Assembly: GCA_976551045.1 (NCBI GenBank)
Contig: CDPCPM010000180.1
Coordinates: 33,356,001 to 33,420,000 of the forward strand
Length of the DNA stretch: 64,000 bases
Direction: 5' to 3'
Source of the DNA: Glaucostegus cemiculus
Lineage: Eukaryota
Both the position numbers and the translations under genes were made by a program. Below are positions 38,921 through 51,800 of the stretch, in pieces; position 1 is the stretch's first letter, and the number at the start of each line of letters is the position of its first letter. A model generated the notes under the pieces. That model was not told the origin of the DNA. It saw nothing but the letters and a program-made list of their open reading frames with translations, and ran no database searches.

Positions 38921-40783
38921 CTACAGGAAGAAAAGAAAGCATATTAGATTAAAACAGAGAGAATCATCAAATAAAACTTAGTCTTTTTTAAGCAATACAT
39001 GTGCTATAAGTTACCATCTGCAAAAATTCAGATGCACTTTACACTTGCAACAAATAATTATATGTATATAGTTAGCAAAGTTCTGTAATGCAGATATGGC
39101 AAACACTCTCCCCACACAAGTACTGTATCACAAATTACTGTCAACCACTTCCTCCTTCCACAGATCTCAATTCCTGATTCTCACTGCCAATCTCACTCAA
39201 TATTTCTCCATTGGCCTGGATTTTGAAATCAGCCAGGAGTTGACAGCACTGCCAACCTTGTTAATTTAAAAAATTGCCTTTTCCTTTGGTGATCCTTCCA
39301 CTGTGAATTTAGAGAAAATGATCAACAGAGAAGGACAGGGTGAGATTAAGAGGGCAAAAAGTAGAGATTATATAGTAGGAGCTAGGAAGTTAGTAGAACT
39401 CCCATTGTGCAATCTTCTGAACCACAAGATTGATCTTGGTGGATGTGGAGAACCGCATTTTGCTGCAAGCCAGACCACAACATATCCACAACACATCAAT
39501 GGCCATGTAGACGAATGCAAGGTTAGAATATATAAAAATAAAACAGTATGTGCAGTATTAATTTTTACTTAATTATATCCAATTATCTCCCATCTTGTAA
39601 ACTGATTCACCTAAAGAATAAACTTATTTCCTCCATCTTCTATGTAATGCACTTAGAAATCAATCAGTACTTAATTCAAAGTTATTGCAAGTGTATCTTC
39701 ATCTCCTGATTTCCTTATACCTTTGCGAATTTTACTCTGAAGTAAAGATTTCCTTCTCTTTTCCCTTAAATACATTACTTCACAATTACCAAACTTCAGT
39801 TTCACTTCCACTACATTTTTACCCATCCTTTGATCAACCAGTAGTCTCATGTAATTTCACACATTTTTCTCAGAGTTCACTATGTTCCTTAATTTGGTTT
39901 TGTTACCCTCCCTCCAGGCCCAAGGCTAATATATTGAGACAAGATCATAAGAGCACAACCCTCAGTATAAACTGCCAATCTGAGAAACATCATTCCTGAA
40001 ATTCGACAGGTGTTTTCCTGGTCTTCCAAAATAACTTTGACATATGGTAGAAAGAGAATATTTGTTGGCATCCTATCATCTGTGGGAACAAACTATAATT
40101 TACAACAGTACATACATGACAATATTATATTTAATAGGTAAATGACCACATTTCAAAGTGCAGTACAAGTTCCTATTCTCTGGAAAACTCCAGAATACGT
40201 GTCTACATTTACTTGTGTATTGTTTTACCTGCAGGGGTACCTGCACTAGCTACAGGGGTCTTCAAAGTAATGTACTCCAGTCATCCATGTCTCTGCCTGC
40301 CCATATTTATCCCTGCTGCGTTTATGCCTTGCAGGCTTCATCCACTATGACTTCACTGGGCTGTTCTCAATTTTATAGCGATTTTACTAATACCCTCCTA
40401 AATATTCAGCAAAAAACTAGCAAGACCCCCAAGGAAAATTTGGTTGAAACATCTGGGGTCTTCTTTTCACCTCTGATCATATCTTCTAACATCATAGAAA
40501 CTTGCCCACATTTGCCACATAACTATGTAGTAAGCACAAATTTGCCTTTGCAGTTCTGCCATTGTTAACTTGCCCACCTAAGCTGTCCTGATCTCGATAG
40601 CAGCAGGGTTGTCCGGTGGTGGGCCAGAACAAACCCCACCCATGAAACAGCAGAAACAGACTAACAACTAGAAAACCACACTGGTATTCAGAATATTGAA
40701 GAAATATTAAGCATCAAAATATAAAGTTCAACAAAAACTGAAGGGCATAAATCACTAAAGAATACTTCTAACATTTATCTGGA

Positions 40784-40860
40784 CTGATGAAGGGTCCTGA
40801 CCCAAACATTGACTGTCCATTTCCCCCCACAGATGCTGCCTGACCTGCTGAGTTCCTTTA
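40784..40860 (+). ncRNA. Degenerate Penelope-type hammerhead ribozyme relic
   Basis: CTGATGA-A-GGGTC-CT-GACCC-AAAC: intact first core box and stem II, but the G of GAAA is missing. Confidence 0.6.
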
Positions 40861-42644
40861 CTTTAAAAGAAAGCTGTATATTATACAGAATTTATGTCTT
40901 CAGTGACAATGAATACTGCTACTATTGGCCAACCCCTCATGTTCCTGGTAATCAATGTTCAGAAACTTGCGTGGACAGGTACTTAATTTCTGCAACAGAA
41001 AGAGTATGTCTGAGGCTGAATATTTTGAGTTCATAAAGATTTTCCATCATCTACAAGACACTTCTCAGGGTTGCTGAAAAAGATACCCTGCTTGCTTTGT
41101 TGAGTGCAACTCCAAACCCAATAAAAAAATGTTGTCAACTCCCCTCCACAAGTGAAGCTCCAAGCTTGAGTTTGTTCAACATAAAGCAGCATGTCTGATC
41201 GCCACCCCATCAACTGCCTCGCAGGACTGTGACATCCCAGTGCACCATTCACAAAATGAATGGCAGAAACTTAACCTCAGCAGTGCTATGAAAAGCCACA
41301 ACTTCAGCACCAGAAAGATAAGGACAGCAATCACCTGCTTACTCTATTCTTGCAAGGTAACCAATTCGAGGTCACACTCTACTCTTAGATGGAATTACAT
41401 ATTGCTGTTCCTGTGTGGTCTTTTAAAGAACTACCTGCACTGTCGGAGTTCCTTCATGATAAGCAGGAAGGTTGCTCTTTACTACCCTGTATGGCAATAA
41501 GGGATTAGTCAAATACACTGACCACACAGCAACACTCACAGGAGTGGTAAAAAATACAGTAGATTCCCAATTCCCGTTACCTTCCCCATACTTATCACCT
41601 CCAATATTCACCCAAGCACAAATCTTGAAAACAAGAAACAAGGAAAGCAAATGCTGAACATTTTTATACATCCAGTCACTAGTCCTTAGTGCTCATTTTC
41701 CATTTGCCTTTGCCAGCCCTGCTACTTCCATGCAATGCTACCTGTGACTACAGTCAAGCTGCTCAGTGACTGCTCCCTTCTATTCAGCGCAGCATTGCTC
41801 AGCTCTGTGGCTCAGTCACCTCTGTTTGGTTTGTGTCATCTAACCAACAGCAGTCTGGGCAAACTGGCTCACAGACAAGAGTGAAGACACCATCAGAGTG
41901 GCAGTGAAAATTCATGAATCCTGTCAAGCTGATAAACCGCAATAGATTTGTAGTCAACTGTGCCAACACCATCCCAAGACAGGACCTCTGTATTTCCTAT
42001 AATTTGCTGGAGAATTGATTGGTAAAGAGTTGTAACATCGTCAAATCCCCTGCCAATATGACAGAAATGGTGAGCTTCCAGTATAGTGGCTGGCTTCTGC
42101 CTTATTGCAATGGAAATTGAAATGTTAGCTGTCATATACTGACCAGCGATTGGGCCCACAGTTGTTGACATGGGATGGGCCACTACTTTCATACTGAAAA
42201 TGATGGGTTCAAGGTTCTGTGCAGAGCCTTATACAAAGTCAGAGCTGGACTCCCAGAACATTTCCTGTAGACTTTCAGTCAGATCTGACTGCACTTCAGG
42301 CACCTCAACACTCATGTACATCTCCTTTCATCTTTAGGGTACAGCATCATGGTCCTCATCTGAGATCTCCTTTTCAGAACTAGTGTGAAATCTTGCCTTC
42401 CTCTCAGGTGCTGACACTTGAGCTACCATATCTCCATTATATGGGTAGAGGCCATGTGTGCCTGATGATTCACCACGTGCCGATCAGGTATCTAAGTTAT
42501 ACAGTGTTGTGAATGGAGTGGCAGCATTTGAATTGGCATTGTGAACATCAGGTGCAGTGGTATGTTGCCACTTTCTTCACAGTCTTGCTAGTCAGCAGCC
42601 TAGACCTGGTCAAGGAGAGTTCACCCAGAAAAGGGAAGGCACAA

Positions 42645-42985
42645 GCTTGTAGAGCCACAGCCTCACAACACCAGAGATTCAGTTTCAGTCCTGACCAGAT
42701 GCTGTGTGCAGTTTGTGTTTTCTCCTTGTGACTGCGTAGGTTTCTTCAGGGTGCTCCGGCTTCTTCCAATATGCCAAAGATATGCAGGTTGGTAGGTTAA
42801 ATGACCACTGCAAATTGCCCCCAAAGTATTGGTGAGTGGTAGAATCCTGGGGGAGTTGATGAGAATATGGGGATAATTTAAAAATGGTATTAAAATAGGA
42901 TCAATGCAAATGGATGGTTGTTGGTCAGCATTGGCTCAATTGGCTGAAGGGCCTGTTTCTATGCTGTATCTCTCTATGACTCTAT
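42645..42985 (+). mobile_element. HE1-like SINE with CR1-type tail
   Basis: V-like domain followed by gggcctgtttctatgctgtatctctctatgactct. Confidence 0.75.
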
Positions 42986-43469
42986 AAAGGGTATGGATAT
43001 GTGAGGGGAGGGCAAGGGAGAAGAGCTTAAGCCACCTGGATCTTGCAAAGAAGAGACTGTATGATGATGGGGAAAGTGGGATGAGGTGGAAAAGATATGA
43101 CCATACCTCCATCTTCCATAGTTAGACAACTGAAACTGTGTACAAAATGAAATACAGTGAATTGGTGAATCACTTGAATGTCAGAAAGGAGTGGTAGTTT
43201 ATAGAAATTGTTGGTAGCCAAGTGATGGAGACGTAATGTGTGGGCCAATGGGCCTACCGGGGAAGTTGTTGGTAGGTGGGATTTGTTGATGTGTTTGCTG
43301 GCTTTCAACACATGGTAATTAAAACACTGTGATTATTTGACTCAAAATCCCACAAAACACTGCGGGCAAATACCAGATAACTTAGGTCTTGGCTGCAGAC
43401 CATAATATGAGACTACAGATTGATGCCAATATCTCAGATTTTGCCTTTATTCTATCTGCATCCCATCCC

Positions 43470-45122
43470 ATCAGGTTGGAAATGGACAGAATTTGCTCAT
43501 GCCTGAGCAAGGACCTGGATCCGCTGCAGTTTACCTACCGACACAACAGGCCTACAGCGGACACAATCTCATTGACTCTCCACTCTTCTTTGGAGCACCT
43601 AAACAGCAGCAAAACATATTTCAGGCTGCTGCTTATCAATTACAGCTCAGCATATAACACCATCATCCCCTCAGTATTATTCATGAAGCTTCTAAACCTG
43701 AGCCTGCACCTCCCTCTGCAACTGGATCCTCGACTTCCTCATCGGGAGACCACAGTCAGTGCAGATCAGTGACAGCATCTCCCTCTCACTGACAATCAAC
43801 ACAGGTGCACTTCAAGGATGTGTGCTTAGCCCACTGCTCTACTCTCTCTACACATGGCTGTGTGGCTAAGCACAACTCAAATGCCATCTATAAATTCATA
43901 GATGACACCACAGTTGTTAGTAAAATCTCATATGGTGACAAAGAGGCATACAGGAGTGAGGCTATCATATGATATTGAAACAACAACCTCACATTCAACA
44001 TCAGTAAGACCAAGGAATTGATTGTGGGCTTCAGGAAGGAGAAGCTAGGAGAACACACACCAGTCTACATTGAGGGGTCAGTGGTGGAAAGGGTGAGCAG
44101 CTTTAAGTTTCTGGGCATCAACATCTCAGAGGATCTGTCCTGGCCCAATACATTGATGCAATCACAAAGAAGGCACGGCAACAGCTCTGCTTCGTAAGGA
44201 GTTTGATGAGATTTGGTATGTTACCAAAGACTTTAACAAATTTCTATAGATGTACGGTGGAGAGCATTCTGACTGGTTGCACCACAGCCTGGTATGGAGG
44301 CTTCAATGCACAGGATTGTAAGAGGCTGCAGTGGGTTGTAAACTCAGCCAGCTCTATCACAGGCACAACCCTCCCCACCATTGAGGACATCTTCAAGAAG
44401 CAGTGCCTCAAGAAGTTAGCATCCATCATTAAGGACCCTCACCATCCGAGATATGCCCTCTTCTTGTTACTACCATCAGGGAGGAGGTACAGGAGCTTGA
44501 AGACCCACACTCAATGATTCAGAAACAGCTTCTGTCACAATGTTGATTGAAGAGCAAGCTCACAGAGAACCCAAAAGCAGCACACTGGTACAAGACTGGA
44601 GTCAGGATACTTCCTCAGGACAAAACACAGGCAGCAACTGGAAGGAAATCTTGCCTCAGAGATCTGAGTAGTAATCCCAACACAAACTGAATCTTCAAGC
44701 AAGACTAGAGAACGCAGGACGGCTCTAGAGTAGACCACTCTAAGCAGCAAGGAGCCAAAGTATACCCGAAGGTTGACCAATACTCTGGCAACTAGTGCTA
44801 CGAAAACCCAGGTACTTATGCTAGGGCCCTGATGGGGCTCAGGTGTATGTCATTATGCAATCAGTCCACATGGAATCCATGTGCTGTACAACGAGGCATC
44901 CAAGGAGCCAAATCAAGGGCCAGTACTCAGAATCATGACAGCTTCTTGCTCTCCGCCATCAGATTTCTGAACGATCCTTGAACACTACTTCATTATTCCT
45001 TTTCTTTTGCATAATTTATTTATTTTGTAATTTATAGTAATTTTAAGTCTTTGCACTGTACACCTGCTGCAAAACAACAAATTTCACATCATAGGGCAGT
45101 GATAATAAATCTGAGTCTGATT
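43470..45122 (+). mobile_element. Rex1/Babar LINE (RT to 3' tail) interrupted by a solo LTR
   Basis: LDPLQFTYRHNR, YSSAYNTI, ESILTGCTTAWYG; tail aataaatctgagtctgat. Confidence 0.9.
44533..44940 (-). mobile_element. Solo LTR, 408 bp, with 5-bp target site duplication
   Basis: TGTCA...TGACA ends; GCTTC at 44528-44532 and 44941-44945; the host LINE reads through when the insert is removed. Orientation is tentative. Confidence 0.85.
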
Positions 45123-45554
45123 CCATACCCTACCATCCTTTCCCATCCACTAACCCCATATTCATTTTTCCCTCATTCCTCCATTTTGTCATTTATCTCC
45201 CAAGTTTTACATACTTCCTGATCCCAACCTGTAGTATTTGCCTCTGCCTTACTTCCCCTCACCTATTCTCTCTTCATCCCAACTCCTTCTCCCTATCCCT
45301 TCGTGATTTGCTGCACCATCTTCAGATCATCTGTTAGGTCTAAGATCCAACTGAGTACTCAAAGCCATGTGAGAATAATTATTTGTTTTTATTTCCACTC
45401 CCCCTAAGATAATCTGCCAAGGAATGCCAAGGGAATGCTGACAAAGTATAATCACTGCAATATTTTTATTCTTATTAGATCAGCTTATGTCAATACAAAA
45501 ATTAAAAAATATATATAACAATATGTAAGTGCCATATATATCATGATCTCCAAG

Positions 45555-45900
45555 TCATAGAGATACAGCACAGAGCTATGCCCTTCAGCCCATCGAGTCC
45601 ATGGCGACATTAGCCACCCATCTACATCAATCCTACTTTAATTCTATTTTGTAATTCTCCCCACATTCACATCAACTCCACCCAGATTCCACCACATACC
45701 TACGCTCTAGAGGCAATTTACAGGGGTCAATTAACCTACCAACCTGAATGATTTTGACATGTGGAAGGAAACTGGAGGAAACCCAGGCAATCACAGGGAG
45801 AACATGCAAACTCCACACAGACAGAACCAGAGGTCAGGATTGAACTTGGGCATCTGGAGCTGGGAGGCAGTGGCTCAACTAGCTGCACCTTCCAGTACTG
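45555..45900 (-). mobile_element. HE1-like SINE
   Basis: Reverse complement of the 42645 family. Confidence 0.75.
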
Positions 45901-47156
45901 CTTTTCCTTTCTTCCCCCACCAACCCCATGCCCACACACTGATGCTTGTCTGCAGTACCATTAATAGCACCATATTGTGCCCTGCTTCTGAATTTTGCTT
46001 ACTGTCCACTGACTTCAGTGGAATTGAAATTTTGGAAGCAGAATACAATATGCTTCTACTATATTATGTTATATTCAGTGCAAGTAACTAGGGATGAATT
46101 TCTAGGCATGTCTTTACCCTTTCCATCAGCTCTAACACCATCTTTTCCTTAACCCATTTCACCCATAGTGCTGAACTTCCATCTGATTTCTTCTGACCAC
46201 CAGCACTGAGGTTCTCCCTTGGTCCTGGTCAAGTTATTCCTTGTTTTCTCAATCAGAATATTCAAAGATTAGTCTTCTGTCTGCAAAGTCTCCAGGAATG
46301 ATTTGGTTATCTTAGAGTATGAATTGGAAAATGCCTACAATGTCACTGAAATGTTGTGCACACTGAATATGATACACAACTGTAAAGGATTTAGGGACAT
46401 GTCCCATAGTTCTCAAAGAAGTTCTGACATATCCACCACATATATCTGACTCCATGAAGGTTGGAATCATATTCCAGTGTGGCACATGCACAACTGATGG
46501 TGTCTGTAACCACTACATTAGGAAATAATCCACAACAATAAGGCTGAAGAATGCTAAAAATGGGCTAGGGAATGTTTACAACCACGTTTAAATTAGGACA
46601 CAAACATACTGAGTCTCCAGAGATTGAATACCCCCATTCTTCATGCTGTTGGGCTATAGCAGTGAAAATGAAGGAAATACTCCACTGGAGTGTAATGTTT
46701 TTAAGCAAGTGACTGCTTATTGAAGGAGGCCTTTGTACAAGAAATTGCCTTTTCAAATAACTTTGTGTCCTTTATTCCAAGGCTTTGTCTACTGCATCTT
46801 CTTCTGTGAGATCACACCACTGAGGATGAAGGTGGGATGACTTGTTAGGAAGTTGAGGACTACTGAAAGATGCACAAGGACAAAAAGAATAAAATGAAAA
46901 TGGTTATACAGATATGAAATGTCATTATGGATGTGCTGAATATATCAAATTGCTTAAAAGTCTTGCAAAGCAAATCATTGAAATTCATCTCACAAAGTTG
47001 AGGCTGTAATGTGTGAAGTTCTTAAGATAACCCTGCAAAAAAAAAAACTCACCAGAATCAGTCAAGTTAGAAGGGGAATCAAACCCCGGCTATACTGTTT
47101 GGGCTGGCTTCATTGTTGCTCTGGTCTCAGTCTGCAGTCCTGATTGGACCTTTGTT

Positions 47157-47450
47157 TGGCACAGTAGCATAGCGGTTAGCATAATGCTTTACAGCGCCAG
47201 TGACCTGGGTTCAAATCCAGCCACTGTCTGTAAGGAGTTTGTATGTCCTCCCCATGTCTGTGTGGGTCTCCTCTGGGTGCTTCAGTTTCCTCCCACATTC
47301 CAAAGACATACAGGTTAGGAAGTTATGGGCATGCTATGTAGGCACTGGAAGCATGGTGATACTTGCAGGCTGTCCCCCAAAATCACTACACAAAAGATGT
47401 ATTTCATTGTGTGTTTTGATGTACATGTGACTAATAAAGATCTTATCTTT
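47157..47450 (+). mobile_element. tRNA-derived SINE
   Basis: A box tagcatagcggttag, B box ggttcaaatcc, tail aataaagatcttatc. Confidence 0.75.
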
Positions 47451-48899
47451 CTTAGTGGACACATTTTTTTTTATTTTTCCCATGGCTAAATGGTAGAAAT
47501 TGTCTTGAATACAAAATTACATTTGTCTGGAGTTGTACTAATTTTATATAACTTGTTATATTTGCAGCAACCCAGCTCTAATGTGAGGTTTTAGTTCTCC
47601 TGTTGTTATTCTCAATATCTGCAGCAAGATGTTAGAAACTCCAGTTTCTTCCTTATCTGTATTCAAGGACTTTTTTGTTTTGCACTGGTTAAGTGGGTCT
47701 CAAATGCAGTTGGCTTGACTACATTTTTTTTACTAAGTGAATTCTTATTGACAGTTTTCTTTCCTCCCATTGACACCTATAAAGCACATGCTGCTGTCAT
47801 CATAGTGGGCTCAGTGGTGAAAACAAAGGGGTTTGGTCTTCATTTTCTTCCCAGCCCCCTTTTTAAATTGGTGGAAAATCGGATCTTTGTAAAAGAGGTT
47901 TTCTCCACTTTTGCATAACGTGGCAGATGAAGAAAAGACAGCAAATGTGGCATTTTGATTAAAACAAGAGAAATAAGATTTTTGATTAAAAGTTGTAAAC
48001 GGAGAGAAATATGACCATTCTTCAAGGACTACTTGCAAATCAACAACTACAATTATAACAATGGTGTATGCTGATGGTTTATATCTGATGGCTAATAACT
48101 TGAACAAAGTTTGAATTTCCATCCATAATTTCAAGATCCTGTAAAGTGTTTTATAATTAGTCATTTTTCAACAAAAGCTGTTGATTTTCTCAGCCTTCTG
48201 TATCTACAACGTGGGCTTTTGGTTGCTCAGCACTGAATGGGAAGTGTGATCCTGAGAAGTACAGTGCTCCAGGAGCCTGCATCTCAAGAAATTTCAGACT
48301 CTTTGACTTTTCCCACCAGTTTCAACACAGCAAGGAACTCACAGCTCTTCCCAGCTCAGGTCCCACTTGAAATGCCATCAGCATCTTAATGACACCAGAG
48401 GATATCGATTACTACAGAGTTGTGGTTGCAAAATAACATAGTTTGAGAACTAAATACTCCTGGATACTTAGCCTCTAGAAAGGACAGGCAAAATGTAAAA
48501 AAGGAGAGGTAGCCACTGAATAAAAAGGCAAAGAATCTTAGTAAAGAAACAGAAATAGTATTAGATTGGGTAGAAGTAAGAAACAGCAAGTGGCAGCAAA
48601 CAATATTGGGAATTGCCCATAGCCTCCAAACAAAAGCGATAATGTAGGTCATTTTATAAATAAGGAAACTGACACAAAAGTGCAAGACAAGTAATATAAT
48701 AATCACGAATGTATACAAGATCATTTTCTAGATCAGTATGTTGTGGAACAGTCTATGGAACAGGCTAATGTAGATACTGTATTGTGCAATGAAGATGGAT
48801 TAATTAATTGTATGGCTGGGACCTGTAAGGAAAAAACATCATATGATATAACTTTAGATAAAGACTGAATATGATTTAATTATATTTGAAATTGAAGTG

Positions 48900-49200
48900 G
48901 TGCACCAGGTAATGCTGCTACCTCATAACCCCAGCAATCTGGGTTCAATCCAGACCTCCAGTGTATTGAGTTTGGACATCCCTGTGACTACATGTGTTTC
49001 CCCAGGTGCTCCCAGACCACAAAGATGTGTGGGTTGGTAGGTTATTTTGCCTGGTGTAGGTGGGTGGTAGGAGAATCAGGGTGGAGTTGATAGACATGTA
49101 AGGGAGAAGTGGATACGGGGAAATAGGTGGGATAATGTTTTGCTCCAAGAGCTAGCATAGACTTGATGGGCCAAATGGCCTCCTATGTTGTTAGTAAATT
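48900..49200 (+). mobile_element. HE1-like SINE
   Basis: gggttcaatcc B box and family core. Confidence 0.7.
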
Positions 49201-49209
49201 TGAGATAAA

Positions 49210-51800
49210 TCTCAAAAAAGTGAATCATGAAGGCTTGAGACATAACATGACAACAGTAGCTTGAGAAATGACATTAAAACTCTGACATTAAACAAGCAAA
49301 TGGTTAATATTTAAAGAATTAATAAATAGTATACAACAAGTATATGAACCTTGAGGCATAACTATCCAACAGAAAAAATAGTCCAAGCAGAGCTAACAAG
49401 TTAAACACAGCATGAGATCAAAGAAATTATTTTTTTTGCCAAAAAAATAAAGCAGTTCAAGTCTGATGATTGGGAACATCTCAGAATTCAGCAAAGGAGG
49501 CCAAAGTCATTGATAAAGAAAGGGAAACTAGAATACAAGCGTGAAAAGCACACTTTGAAAGCATTTGTATGTATATAAAGAGGAATAGATTGGCAAAAGT
49601 TATTGTGCTTTCCATGGAGACTGAGATAAATTATATTGAGGAACAAAGAAGCAATAGAGAGCTTAAACGATATTTTGTGTTGGTCTACACAAAGTCACAA
49701 ATAATTTCAGAAACATTGGCCATATCTGTAACAAATGGAGAGCTCAAAGAAATGAGCGTTAGTAACAAAAAAATAATACAGAGAAATGAATGGGACTGAA
49801 AGCTAATAAATCTTCAGCACCCAATGATTGTACCCAAGATTTTGAAAGAGGTTGCAACTAAAACAGTAGATGCACTGGTTAGCATGTCCTAAAATTCCGC
49901 AGATTCTGGAAGCGTTCCCACAGATTGTAGACAGTAAATGTAGCCCTACTATTAAGAAAGGGAGGAGAGAGAAAACAGAACCTCATATCAGTTAGTCTAA
50001 CATCAATAGTAGGAAAAATGCTAGAAGCAAATAGGGCACCTAGAAAATAACAACAGGATCGGGCAGTCAACGTGGATTTATGAAAAAAAAATCAAATTTG
50101 AGAAATTTGTTAGTTTTTTGGAAATAACCAGAAGATAAATGGGAAAGAGATGAAACACATTTGACCTTACAGACCTTTATTTAATAATCTCCTGGATGGC
50201 ACCATATCAAAGTCAGTCCACACAGATGGATATAGCATGTAGTGGCATGCCTGTAGGATTGTCTAATGGACATAAAACAGAGAATAGGAATAAACAAGCC
50301 ATAATTTAGCTTGGCAGGCTGTGACTAATGGGGAGTCACAGAGACTTGAGCTGGGGCACTAGTTGTTCAAGATCTATGTAAATGATTTGGATGAGGGACC
50401 AAGAGTTATAAATCGATGTTTGCCAATGATACAAAATTGGGTGCCTGTGCAGGTTAAAAGGAAGATACAGAGAGGCTTCAGTGGGATACAGGCAGGCTAA
50501 GTGAGTGGGCAAGGACATGCTAGATAAAATATACTGTGGAAAAATATGTTATCTATTTTCATAGAAAAAATAGAAATGTGCAGGTATAGCAAACTATTAG
50601 GAATGTTGAGCTTTATTGCAAGAAGAGTGGAGACATCTTCCCAAAATTATAGAGGGTCCTAGTGAGGCTGTACTTGGAATTTGTGCACAGGTCTTGCCCC
50701 CACACACCCCCACCCTGTAATATACTAGCGATGAGGAAAGTGAACTCCCACCCTTCCATCATGAAAATGTTCTATAGAGGAACCATTGAGAGTATCCTGA
50801 CACACTGCATCACCTTCTGGTATGGAAGCTGTTCAGCTGCTGGACGGAAGTCCCTGCAGAGGATAGTGAGAGCTGTAGAGAAAATTATAGGTGTCTCTCT
50901 ACCCTCTATTGCAGACATATATATGGACTGATGTGTCAGAAAGGTCACAAACATAATGTCTGAACCCTCTCACCCCTCCTACCACCTCTTTGCACTCTTG
51001 CCATCTGGAAGAAGGCTCCAGTGCGTCCCGGCCAGGACTGCCAGACTGTGCAATAGCTTTTCCCCACAAGCAATAAGAACTATGAGCTCCCTCATCCACC
51101 CATCCCTCCCGCCAACACCAAAGGATGCTAGGCGTACAAGAATGCACCAGCACTTTAAATCTGCATCAGTGCGTTCATTATAAGAATGCTTTACTCGAGT
51201 CACTTCTTAAATTTTGTGGTTCCAATGTCGTTAATGTCTGTCTATCTTTGCGTCTCTCATTATTTTTAATGTGACCAGCACCTTGAGCTGTGGAGTATGG
51301 TATTTCGCTCCCATGCATGCTGAATGTGTATATGGAAGTGACAATAAAACTGATTCTAATTCTGAGGAAGACTCACCACATTCATTCCTGGAAATGAAGG
51401 GGATGGGTAGAAATTGTCCTATGAGAAGAATTAAAAAGACCGGGCCTAAGCTTTCTAGAGTTAGAGGACTATAAAACTTTTATACAGCTTGACAGGATCA
51501 GAGCAGGGATGATGCTTTCCTTGAATGGGGTATCTAGAATCAGGGATCAGCCATTCAGGAATGAAATCAGAAGAAATTTCTTCATCCAGACAGTATCAAA
51601 TTTTTGGAAATCTTCACCCAAGGGGGCCGTAGAGACTTGGTCACCGAGGAATGTCAAAGCAGAGATCAACAGATTTTTGAGTACCAAGGGAATCAAGTTA
51701 CATGGCATAAGCAGAGTAAAGTGGCAGAGCCAAAAGATTAGTCATTATCATCAAATAGCAGAGCTGGAACGAGAATCTGCTTCTATTTCTTATATTCTTT
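49210..51800 (+). mobile_element. Old CR1 ORF2 remnant, interrupted by Rex1
   Basis: Remnants such as gtaaatgtagccctactattaagaaaggg, tttgccaatgatacaaaattgg and agaaatttcttcatccaga. Confidence 0.7.
50725..51365 (+). mobile_element. Rex1 3' fragment, same subfamily as 28366
   Basis: HPSIMKMFYRGTIESILTHCI; tail aataaaactgattctaattctga. Confidence 0.88.
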
